Origin: Bacteroidales bacterium
GTDB taxonomy: Bacteria > Bacteroidota > Bacteroidia > Bacteroidales > SZUA-534
Direction of reading: 5' to 3'
Assembly (NCBI GenBank): GCA_046704385.1
Contig: JBJKSB010000041.1
Location: forward strand, 159,106-223,105
DNA: 64,000 nucleotides
Below the pieces are notes generated by a model that worked only from the letters and a program-made list of their open reading frames with translations, did no database searches and was not told the origin of the DNA. Positions within the stretch are counted from its first letter, which is position 1, and each line of letters starts with the position of its first letter. Of the stretch, positions 20,601 to 28,439 are shown piece by piece. The position numbers and the translations under genes are program-made.

Positions 20601-20882
20601 TACGGAGCAGGTTCAATCTGGTATGAAAAAGAAGTTCACAACCTGGCAGGAATTGTTGATGCCTCCTATTGGAAAGTGCGAAACATTACTCTCGGGTATA
20701 CTTTCAATGAAACATTGCTTAACAAATATGGATTCAAAAACCTTCGTGTTTACGCGAATATTACCAATCCGTTCGTGTTTTCAAAATACCAGGGGTTCGA
20801 TCCTGAATGGGCTGGTTCAGAAAGTCGTTACGATGGACCAAGTACTACAACGTTCCAGTTTGGGATTAATTTGAAATTCTAA
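17643..20882 (+). CDS. susC: SusC/RagA-family TonB-dependent outer-membrane transporter
   Basis: 1079 aa with a signal peptide. It has a CarboxypepD_reg-like domain 'ISGIVSGPDNQPLPGVNVIVKGTTLGTVTDINGKYSL' and a TonB box 'DEVVVVGYGT'. The C-terminal barrel ends in '...FGINLKF'. Confidence 0.95.
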   Translation: MIKTYSTNKLIKKISLLSFLLLFAWGAVAQTTISGIVSGPDNQPLPGVNVIVKGTTLGTVTDINGKYSLSVPAADNIIVFSMMGMLTEEMDITGKTTIDLTMTEDLIGLDEVVVVGYGTMKKADLTGSVGSVDTKTLVERGTPSLLESMQGAVAGVSITQSGGRSQSSGYDIQIRGKSSINSEVKPLYVVDGVIVSDIDFLNPQDIERVDVLKDASSTAIYGSRATAGVVMITTKSGKSLQGSTSEQPTVTYDGYTGVTKVVRMPDFMDAQQFYDYRFLDFISTNDKSPQPVYRMTPDAFQQGMLFDGGNKYVMKEMLNNGESYNWPSMITQNGIEQNHFLTVGGSTESVSYYFGSGYNSSTGTYKGDADDRYTIKGSVDSKINKYFSAGMNFNLAYTKTDFASDDAIKSAFRANPFMRPYDANGDYNVKPGNFEAMGTASNQFSDFYNPLLYNDDEQKQDKIYRVLGNLYLEAKPIENLSLKSTFSPNYGHTREGEYRGGKTGNTPTGFYTSTESFDWTWDNIINYNLTTGDHSIGVMGLFSMNAYNYEKYYLETTNPIEGTTWYNLGSGEIQQYSSAYKENSLISYAMRLNYSYKGKYMITATARADGSSRFAKDYRWGTFPSAALAWRISEEDFMSNDWLSNLKLRLSYGITGNNSGIGDYATQTTGSGPNYYAFGDQVAYGYHPSGVANALLSWETSSETNFGFDFGLFEGRVTGTVDLYNKDSKDLLYQRSLPLVSGGGSITANIGNVRNRGLELSLTSVNIKTKDLTWKTSFAFSTNKNEVIKINGTSDFIIDSDNPITASLFLNQPVNNIYSYVWDGIVSDRTMTVPDNAASAVGGFTPGDQVTEAEYYYKIYGWTEGMPIIEDLNHDGSIDSDNDKKVQGSQDPQWTGNISSSLIYKNWDFSFSVYTKQNYLVYSNFLYEYYNYAYRGWNKLNMDYYIPAGTLVDCDGVTADGLYINPVYQEQTHYGTMPFPNSTVANYGAGSIWYEKEVHNLAGIVDASYWKVRNITLGYTFNETLLNKYGFKNLRVYANITNPFVFSKYQGFDPEWAGSESRYDGPSTTTFQFGINLKF

Positions 20883-20903
20883 TCAGAAAAAGGACAAACA
20901 GAT

Positions 20904-22778
20904 ATGAAATATTATAAGCAGATGAAAAAATCAATTATTATACTAATGTTAGGTGGTCTTATAAGTTTTGTCGGACTTACAGGATGTGAAGACTTTTTAA
21001 ACGCTGATAACAAATCGGCGGTCTCAGCCACTCAACAGTTTTCTACAAAAGAAAATTTCGAAACCCTGGTTAACCAGGCCTATTATACCTTGGACACCGT
21101 TTATGAAGGACCGGGTGTTTTTTGTGCTGGTACTGATTTGTATTATGGAATCCGTGCGGCAGGCGATGTTACCTTAGAGGGTTATACACTAACCTCCGAT
21201 AATGCTTCGGTAAAATCATTATATACCAACCTGTTTGCTGTAGTTAATGCCGCCAATGCAGTACTGTATTATGCAGATATTTGTGAAGATTATTCCGGTA
21301 AGGAACTTCGTAAACAAGAAGCCCGGTTTATCCGTGCATATGCGTATTATTTACTTACTCAGCAATTTGGTCGGATGCCGATTATTAAAGATTACATTAA
21401 TTCGGCCGAAACTTCATATCCCAGAAACACATTGGAGGAAACCTATCAATTTATGATTGATGAGTTGGTTGATTTATCTGGCAGCTCCCTTTTACCGGTT
21501 ACCGATAAAACAGGTAGGGCAAGCATACAGGCAGTTAAGGCATTATTATCCAAAGTTTACCTTTCAGCAGGTTGGGATCTTGAAACGGCATTGACCAATG
21601 CCGAAGCCGGAACCTTCTCAATAAAAGGCACCAGCTATTTTACCAAAGCTGCAGCCATGGCTAAAGAGGTTGCCGATGCGGTTCCGCTTACACAGACATT
21701 TGAAGAAAAATGGTCGCCCTTTAATGAAGAAAACGACGAGGTTATTTTTGCAATTCAACTAAATAGAGCTACTTCGTTAGATATCTATACCGGAGGAAAT
21801 TCGCATCAAAATGATTTTGGAACTTACCTGGGTGCGGTAACGCTGGGAATGAAGTTTGTAAATTCTGATTTAAACCCATCTGCAAAAACATTCTATTTAT
21901 ATGAAAAGGGAGACCAGCGTTACGATGCAACCTTTATGACCACAGTGTATAATTACTCCGGTAATGCTGATAAATGGAGTGAAGAAGGTTATTGGGCTTA
22001 TTATAATGCATCGGCTGCTGATTTGGCTAATTTGGGAATTGCCTTTTATTTCCCGGCATGGTATGTTACCGATCAGGAAATTGCTGATTACCAAACCGCT
22101 AATGCCGATCGTTTTGTAAGTACGGGATATCAGAGTGTTTCTCAAATTATCCATACTGCTGATCCTGTACGTTGGATTAAATATAATACTGACGGAACCG
22201 TGGCCTCTGATGAAACCGGTGTCAACTATTTAACCGCTTTAACCCGGGTAGGTACGATTCCAACAATCAAAAAATTTGATGATCCCGAAACTTCTGTCAA
22301 TGCTGCAACAAGCAATGGAGGTTATCGTGACTTTGTGCTTTTGCATATTAGTGATATCTACTTAGTGGCAGCTGAAGCTAACCTGATGGCCGGTAATGAA
22401 GGAGAAGCGCTTAATTACCTGAATAAAGTGCGGGCCAGAGCCGGTGCTTCCCAATTAGCATCATTTGATTCCTACCAGCGGTTTGATCCTAAAAAGCAAC
22501 AATATGTATCCGCTGATCAACCGATCGATTTAATATTAGATGAACGGGCACGCGAATTACTGGGAGAGTACGACCGTTGGATGGATTTGCGCCGGACACG
22601 TCAATTGGTGAAATACAACCTCAATTGGAATGTCAACTTTAATATTTCTGACATGAGAGGCGCTGATGGTAATCTTAAATGGTTACGTCCTATACCGGCT
22701 GATGAAATTGGTTTAAATACCGGTATCACTTCGGCTGATCAAAATCCGGGTTATACCGCAGATACTGCAGAAAAGTAA
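20904..22778 (+). CDS. susD: SusD/RagB-family glycan-binding lipoprotein
   Basis: 624 aa. It has a lipoprotein signal 'VGLTGC'. It lies immediately downstream of SusC. The C-terminal motif 'ERARELLGEYDRWMDLRR' is typical of SusD proteins. Confidence 0.9.
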   Translation: MKYYKQMKKSIIILMLGGLISFVGLTGCEDFLNADNKSAVSATQQFSTKENFETLVNQAYYTLDTVYEGPGVFCAGTDLYYGIRAAGDVTLEGYTLTSDNASVKSLYTNLFAVVNAANAVLYYADICEDYSGKELRKQEARFIRAYAYYLLTQQFGRMPIIKDYINSAETSYPRNTLEETYQFMIDELVDLSGSSLLPVTDKTGRASIQAVKALLSKVYLSAGWDLETALTNAEAGTFSIKGTSYFTKAAAMAKEVADAVPLTQTFEEKWSPFNEENDEVIFAIQLNRATSLDIYTGGNSHQNDFGTYLGAVTLGMKFVNSDLNPSAKTFYLYEKGDQRYDATFMTTVYNYSGNADKWSEEGYWAYYNASAADLANLGIAFYFPAWYVTDQEIADYQTANADRFVSTGYQSVSQIIHTADPVRWIKYNTDGTVASDETGVNYLTALTRVGTIPTIKKFDDPETSVNAATSNGGYRDFVLLHISDIYLVAAEANLMAGNEGEALNYLNKVRARAGASQLASFDSYQRFDPKKQQYVSADQPIDLILDERARELLGEYDRWMDLRRTRQLVKYNLNWNVNFNISDMRGADGNLKWLRPIPADEIGLNTGITSADQNPGYTADTAEK

Positions 22779-22803
22779 GTTATTAAATTAAAAAAACTAC
22801 GCA

Positions 22804-23313
22804 ATGAAAACAGCTAATTTTATAATAAGTTTTTTAATGATTTCCCTGATATTATCGCTGGCATCATGTGAAGATGAATTTGAAAGAACCAGCACCCATA
22901 CGGATGTTTCCGGTATGGTCGGAGGAACTTACACCGGCACAATTTCTTTAAACGATGTTGCGTCCTTCGATAATGTAACTATTACTATAGAAAAGTATGG
23001 TGCTGATACCGTTCAGGCAGTATCTGTCACAATTAAATCATCGGCTTTTAATTATAATGGAGCAGGAGGCCTCGACCTGCCAGCATTTATAGATGCAGTT
23101 AGCAAAGTAATTGTAAAAAAGCCGGTATATCTTAATGTTGCCAAAGCTAACGACGGATACTCATTTTCCTGCGCCAATTCTGAAGCAATGCGACTTAATG
23201 GTCGTTTAAACGGAAACGATTTGTTTATGCAGGTTCCTATACTGGTATTTGGTGGTCAGGCTGCATTCCATGCTAATGGTGATGATTGGATGTTTTATGG
23301 AACAAAAAATTAA
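22804..23313 (+). CDS. Small PUL-encoded lipoprotein of unknown function (candidate surface glycan-binding protein)
   Basis: 169 aa with a lipoprotein signal 'LILSLASC'. It occupies the SusE/F-like position after SusD. I recognise no motif. Confidence 0.7.
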   Translation: MKTANFIISFLMISLILSLASCEDEFERTSTHTDVSGMVGGTYTGTISLNDVASFDNVTITIEKYGADTVQAVSVTIKSSAFNYNGAGGLDLPAFIDAVSKVIVKKPVYLNVAKANDGYSFSCANSEAMRLNGRLNGNDLFMQVPILVFGGQAAFHANGDDWMFYGTKN

Positions 23314-23415
23314 CCAAATAAAAATAAAATCTGTGCAGATGGAAAAGCGAAATTCTGTCTGCCTTTTTAAAATGGATAATAACAATTTTTAAGTATTAAT
23401 TTAAAATCTAAAATT

Positions 23416-24282
23416 ATGAAGAAAAGTTTACTCTTAATGGCAGTACTTATTACTGCTGTAGTGTATGTTAAAGCACAGGACCCCGTAACATGGGTGGCTG
23501 ATACTTATTGTACAGACCAAGGTTTAGATGCAGATGCTATTGCTCTTCTGCCAGGAGCAACTATAGCCGTAGGAGATGTAACATTTACTGCACAGGAAGC
23601 AGATGGTGATGGCATGGGTTGGAAATATAAAACAACCACTGATCCTGATTTTGAATATAACGGCGTTACATACAAAGCAGGTCAGGTTCAGGGTCAAACC
23701 AATCCTCTTAATGGAAAACTTCTAAGAGATGGTGGCGGTTGCGCTATTGCTATGTTCACAACTACCAAAAGCGGATCTCTTGATGTAGCTTTCAAGTTTG
23801 GATACAATAAAAAATTCTGGGTTGCTGCTGTTCCCGTGGCTGATTTGGCGTTGTTGAATAAAGATGATTCTTTGGCTTGTTCCGCTTATAAGTATGAGTA
23901 TGCCACCGGGCAATACTATTGGAGCGGATATCTTGATCCAATGACCACTCCTGCAGAGTATTATGATGCAGCGGCTCCAAAATATACAGAGGCTCCTGCC
24001 GATGGCGTTTTTTACACAGGTATTACACTTGATATTAAACCAGACTATGAATATTATGTATATTTCGCAGGTTCAAAAATAATGTTGTGTGGTGTAACCT
24101 TCACTGCCAGTAGTGGTGTTTCTGTAAAAGACCATATTTCAAATGCTTCTGTAGTTTCTTCTGAATATTACACGATTATCGGACAAAAATTATCTAAACC
24201 TCTAAAAGGAGGATTAAATATTGTAGTTAATACTATGTCAGACGGTACAGTTGTGACAGAAAAAAAATTCATTAGAGAATAG
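23416..24282 (+). CDS. Secreted protein of unknown function with a T9SS-type C-terminal sorting domain
   Basis: 288 aa with the signal 'LLLMAVLITAVVYVKAQ'. The C-terminal ~45 aa 'SSEYYTIIGQKLSKPLKGGLNIVVNTMSDGTVVTEKKFI' looks like a CTD. The rest is unrecognised. Confidence 0.7.
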   Translation: MKKSLLLMAVLITAVVYVKAQDPVTWVADTYCTDQGLDADAIALLPGATIAVGDVTFTAQEADGDGMGWKYKTTTDPDFEYNGVTYKAGQVQGQTNPLNGKLLRDGGGCAIAMFTTTKSGSLDVAFKFGYNKKFWVAAVPVADLALLNKDDSLACSAYKYEYATGQYYWSGYLDPMTTPAEYYDAAAPKYTEAPADGVFYTGITLDIKPDYEYYVYFAGSKIMLCGVTFTASSGVSVKDHISNASVVSSEYYTIIGQKLSKPLKGGLNIVVNTMSDGTVVTEKKFIRE

Positions 24283-24306
24283 TTTTTTGGTTTTTTCATA
24301 AAAAGT

Positions 24307-24337
24307 GAGACTATCGATAAGATGGTCTCTCTTTTTA
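24307..24337 (+). terminator. Probable Rho-independent terminator
   Basis: A GAGAC / GTCTC stem is followed by TCTTTTTAT. Confidence 0.45.
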
Positions 24338-24350
24338 TCAATTCATTTGT

Positions 24351-25757
24351 ATGAAATTCTTCTATCCAATACTTTTAATCATATTTATTTCCTGTTTTCA
24401 GGAATTTAAAACCGTTACCGACACAACGCATTCTCTTACGGATCCATGGGGGTACAGGGACTCTGTTATACAATCGATACCCCATATTGTTTTTAACGAT
24501 ACCGTTTTTAATATTGTTGATTTTGGTGCTGTGGCAGGTGAAACAATCGATAACACAAAGGAGATTAATGCTGCAATTAATGCGTGTAATCAGGCAGGGG
24601 GCGGCACCGTTTTGATTCCTGAAGGAATTTGGCTCACCGGGGCCGTGGTTTTAAAAAGTAACGTTAATCTTCACTTAAGTAAAGGATCAACTTTGCTGTT
24701 TACAACTCAAAAAGAAAAATATTTACCGGTTGTCAAAACGCGTTTCGAAGGTATGGAATGTTTAAATTATTCACCTTTAATTTATGCCTTTAATTGCCAG
24801 AACATTGCTGTAACCGGACAAGGCAAGCTTGACGGGCAGGGTCAATCGTGGTGGAATTGGAAAGGTAAATGGACGGGTTCTGTTGAAATTGAAAAGGGGA
24901 ATAACCCTAAAGAAGAGCAGGTTGATGATGTTCAAAAACTGACACAAATGGTTCAGGACAATGTCCCTATTGAAAACAGGATCTTTGGTGAAGGGCATTA
25001 TCTGCGTCCCTGTTTCATTGAGCCAAATGAGTGTAAGAATGTACTTATTGAAGGCATTACAATTGTTCAGTCACCCATGTGGGTGATTCACCCCTTACTT
25101 TCAGAAAATATTATTGTTCGCAATGTCAAAATTGAATCTTTGGGACCCAATAATGATGGTTGTGATCCGGAATGCTGTACCAATGTTTTAATCGACAGCT
25201 GCCTGTTTAATACCGGCGATGATTGTATTGCGATAAAATCCGGGCGGAACAACGATGGCAGACGCATAGGAATCCCCAGTAAAAATATTGTAATTCAGAA
25301 TTGTACAATGGTTGAAGGCCATGGAGGAGTGGTTATGGGAAGCGAAATTTCAGGAAATATAAGCTATGTTTTTGCTGAAAACTGTTATATGGACAGCCCC
25401 AACCTGGAACGTGCCGTTCGCATTAAATCAAACTCATTACGGGGCGGAACCGTGGAACATGTTTATGTGCGAAACATTAAAGTGGAAAAGGTACGCGAAG
25501 CCATTCTGAAAATCAATATGATTTATGGAAATGAGGAAGGTAATTATTTACCTGTTGTTTCTGATATTAATCTGGAAAATATCACCAGTCAAAAAAGCAA
25601 CTACGGATTTTATATTAAAGGCCTTAAAGGCAGGCCTGTTAATGGAATTAAACTGGTGGATTGCTCATTTAACAATGTAGCCGATGGCAATTTTCAGGAA
25701 AATGCAACGAACCTGGTGGTGCAAAATGTTAAAATAAACGGAGAAGATATTAAATAG
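24351..25757 (+). CDS. GH28 polygalacturonase / rhamnogalacturonase-type hydrolase
   Basis: 468 aa. The GH28 catalytic motifs 'NNDGCDPE', 'GDDCIAIKSG', 'GHGGVVMGSE' and 'RAVRIKS' are present. Confidence 0.9.
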   Translation: MKFFYPILLIIFISCFQEFKTVTDTTHSLTDPWGYRDSVIQSIPHIVFNDTVFNIVDFGAVAGETIDNTKEINAAINACNQAGGGTVLIPEGIWLTGAVVLKSNVNLHLSKGSTLLFTTQKEKYLPVVKTRFEGMECLNYSPLIYAFNCQNIAVTGQGKLDGQGQSWWNWKGKWTGSVEIEKGNNPKEEQVDDVQKLTQMVQDNVPIENRIFGEGHYLRPCFIEPNECKNVLIEGITIVQSPMWVIHPLLSENIIVRNVKIESLGPNNDGCDPECCTNVLIDSCLFNTGDDCIAIKSGRNNDGRRIGIPSKNIVIQNCTMVEGHGGVVMGSEISGNISYVFAENCYMDSPNLERAVRIKSNSLRGGTVEHVYVRNIKVEKVREAILKINMIYGNEEGNYLPVVSDINLENITSQKSNYGFYIKGLKGRPVNGIKLVDCSFNNVADGNFQENATNLVVQNVKINGEDIK

Positions 25758-25760
25758 GCA

Positions 25761-25870
25761 AACCTTTGGATTCCGGAGGTTGAATCAAGAGAGCGCTTTC
25801 CCGTTCAGCTTGTCGCTTGCGCCAAAGCTTCTGTGCTGGAGCACTACATGGAGCTTCAATTGGATCAAAC
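25761..25870. repeat. GC-rich REP-like hairpin element in the GH28/DUF4861 spacer
   Basis: This segment is locally GC-rich and has nested inverted repeats. Examples are CCAAAGCTT...GAGCTTCAATTGG at 25822-25863 and an inner GTGCT-GG-AGCAC. The GTG-initiated ORF start at 25833 lies inside it. Confidence 0.4.
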
Positions 25871-25901
25871 TTTTCATAGTAATGTATTAATTATTACAAC
25901 C

Positions 25902-27185
25902 GTGAAACTGATATTTAGAATTATTGTTTGGGCATTAATAATGAACCTGTCATTTTTAATGGCTTGTTATATAACACCCGAAAACAAGATTCTGGTAAAA
26001 GTGCAAAACACGATCAATATTGAGCGTAACGGTGAATTAGTTGCAGTAAATATAAGTACAATAAAGAATTTACTTAAAGATGTTGATATTACTAAGCTGA
26101 TTGTAGAAACAGACACGGTGATACCTTTTCAATTTACTGACACCAATAATGATAAAATGCCGGATCAACTCATTTTTGAGATAAACCTAAAGGCCGGCGA
26201 ACAAAAAATGGTCACCATTCGAAGTTTAGCGGATCAGGAACAATTGCCTGAATTCACCAAACGTACACAGGCGGAATTATCAATAAAAAATGGAGGAACC
26301 TGGGAGTGGGTCACTAAAAAGAATGGAAATGAACAATATGAATACAAAGGAGGAACTTTTAAAAACATAAATTACCTTAAAGTTCCCGAACAACATACCG
26401 ATCATTCATTCTATATCCGATATGAAGGACCCGGGTGGGAATCCGACAAGCTAGGTTATCGCCTTTACCTTGACTGGCGCAATGCGGTTGATTTATTTGG
26501 TAAAAAGGTTGATACCATGGTTTTACAAGGTGTAGGTCAGGATGGTTTTGAATCGTATCATTCTGAATGTCCCTGGGGAATGGATATCCTGAAAGTCGGA
26601 AATTCTCTGGGTATTGGCACCATTGCTTTCTGGGATGGACAGGAAGCCCAGCGTATTGCAAAAACAGACAGTGTGGAGTGTTCCATCGTTGAAAATGGAG
26701 TGCTGCAATCTTTGATTCAGACAAATTATTATGGATGGGATTATGATAAAGAATCAAAGACGGATTTAACATCAAAAATAAGTATCAATGCGGGTAGTAG
26801 ATTAACATTTCAGCAAATATTTTTGAGCAGCCCTGTTGAAAATATTTGCACTGGCATTGTAAAATTAAAGGGGGGCAGGCTTTATTCCACCAAAACCTCA
26901 GATAAAAATTGGGGTTATATTGCCTCTTTTGGTGATCAAAGCCTGAACAACGATAACATGGGGATGGTCATCTTTTATAAAAACAGGCAACGGATCAAAA
27001 TTACAAACGACACCTTAAGTCATGTAATTGTCTTAAAACCGGAGGGGAAAAGTCTTAGTTATTTTTATGCAGCTACCTGGGAACAGGATCCTGATCATAT
27101 TGCCGATAGTAATCAGTTTTTAAACTATGTGAATACAACGTTAATGCGATTGAACAACCCGGTTAGTATTGATGTTGATCTTTAA
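25902..27185 (+). CDS. DUF4861-like protein, second paralog (probable lipoprotein)
   Basis: The track ORF starts at 25833 (GTG) inside a hairpin element. More plausible starts are GTG 25902 (VKLIFRIIVWALIMNLSFLMAC is a lipoprotein-like signal) or ATG 25941. The motifs 'YEGPGWESDKLGYRLYLDWRNAVDLFGKK' and 'SYH...GNSLGIG' parallel the 3865-5037 protein. Confidence 0.6.
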   Translation: MKLIFRIIVWALIMNLSFLMACYITPENKILVKVQNTINIERNGELVAVNISTIKNLLKDVDITKLIVETDTVIPFQFTDTNNDKMPDQLIFEINLKAGEQKMVTIRSLADQEQLPEFTKRTQAELSIKNGGTWEWVTKKNGNEQYEYKGGTFKNINYLKVPEQHTDHSFYIRYEGPGWESDKLGYRLYLDWRNAVDLFGKKVDTMVLQGVGQDGFESYHSECPWGMDILKVGNSLGIGTIAFWDGQEAQRIAKTDSVECSIVENGVLQSLIQTNYYGWDYDKESKTDLTSKISINAGSRLTFQQIFLSSPVENICTGIVKLKGGRLYSTKTSDKNWGYIASFGDQSLNNDNMGMVIFYKNRQRIKITNDTLSHVIVLKPEGKSLSYFYAATWEQDPDHIADSNQFLNYVNTTLMRLNNPVSIDVDL

Positions 27186-27210
27186 ACGTTATTTAAATTA
27201 AAATAATGAC

Positions 27211-28425
27211 ATGAAGTATTTTTTAGGAATAGCCATAACATTTATACTTTTTGCGGCTTGTAATAGTGAAGTAAATAAATCTGATAAACAAGAAGGAACA
27301 TTTAATTCAGGCATTGATTATGCACAGTGGATGGGAAACACGGTCATTAATAAATACCCTGATTTATGGAGTATTGAAGAGAGGAACCAAGCTAAGTGGG
27401 ATTATACTTATGGCTTAATAAGTATGGCAATGCTTCAGCTTTATAACGAAACACAAAACATGGAATATTATAACTATGCCAAAAGGTATGCCGATAGTCT
27501 GATCGATGATAAAGGCATAATTAAAGGATACAAGAAATCAGATTACAATCTCGATAAATTGAATTCGGGTAAAATTCTATTTACACTGTACAAACAAACT
27601 CAGGATACCAGGTATAAAACCGCGATGGACTCGTTAAGAAATCAACTGACAACCCAGCCGCGCACTGAAATTGGAGGCTTTTGGCATAAAAAACGTTATC
27701 CGCACCAGATGTGGCTCGATGGAGTGTATATGGCAGCCCCTTTTTATGCAGAGTACGCCAGGGAGTTTAATCAGCCGGAATGTTTTAATGAAATTGCCGA
27801 TTGGATCATTAATGTTGAGTCCGTTACGCGTGATAGTGCTACCGGACTTTTATATCATGGTTGGGATGAATCCAGGGAGCAAGCCTGGGCTAATAAAGAA
27901 ACAGGTTGTTCGCCAAATTTCTGGGGACGCGGGATGGGTTGGTATGCCATGGCGTTGGTCGATGTGCTTGATTATTTTCCCTCAGATAATCCAAAATACG
28001 ATACCCTAAAACAAATAATTCAGCGTACGGCCCGGGCAATAGTGAAATTTCAGGAGGAAAAATCAGGGTGTTGGTACCAGGTCCTCGACAAAGGAGACCA
28101 GGAAGGCAATTACCTTGAAGGATCAGCAACTGCAATGTTTTCGTATTTTCTTTTAAAGGGAATCAATAAAGGATATCTCGACAAAAAATTTTATCAGCCA
28201 AATGCCCTTAAAGCTTACCAGGGAATGGTGGATAACCTGATAAAAACCGATAAAGATTCAATGTTAGTTATTTCACCGGTATGTGCTGTTGCCGGATTAG
28301 GCGGTAATCCGTACCGCGATGGAAGTTACCAGTATTATATAACTACTGAAAAACGTGATAATGATCCCAAAGCAGTAGGACCTTTTATTTTAGCAGGAAT
28401 CGAATATAGAAAATTAACTAAATAA
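27211..28425 (+). CDS. GH105 unsaturated rhamnogalacturonyl/galacturonyl hydrolase (YteR/YesR-like; Glyco_hydro_88 fold)
   Basis: 404 aa with a lipoprotein signal 'ILFAAC'. The motif 'WHKKRYPHQMWLDGVYMAAPFYAEYA' and 'FWGRGMGW' are typical of GH105/GH88. The pectin context favours GH105. Confidence 0.8.
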   Translation: MKYFLGIAITFILFAACNSEVNKSDKQEGTFNSGIDYAQWMGNTVINKYPDLWSIEERNQAKWDYTYGLISMAMLQLYNETQNMEYYNYAKRYADSLIDDKGIIKGYKKSDYNLDKLNSGKILFTLYKQTQDTRYKTAMDSLRNQLTTQPRTEIGGFWHKKRYPHQMWLDGVYMAAPFYAEYAREFNQPECFNEIADWIINVESVTRDSATGLLYHGWDESREQAWANKETGCSPNFWGRGMGWYAMALVDVLDYFPSDNPKYDTLKQIIQRTARAIVKFQEEKSGCWYQVLDKGDQEGNYLEGSATAMFSYFLLKGINKGYLDKKFYQPNALKAYQGMVDNLIKTDKDSMLVISPVCAVAGLGGNPYRDGSYQYYITTEKRDNDPKAVGPFILAGIEYRKLTK

Positions 28426-28439
28426 TATTTTAAACCAAC

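Noticed and set aside
25833-25901. GTG start extending the second DUF4861-like gene by 23-36 codons
   Set aside because: The extension lies in a GC-rich hairpin element and precedes a good lipoprotein signal. Downstream starts at 25902 or 25941 are preferred.
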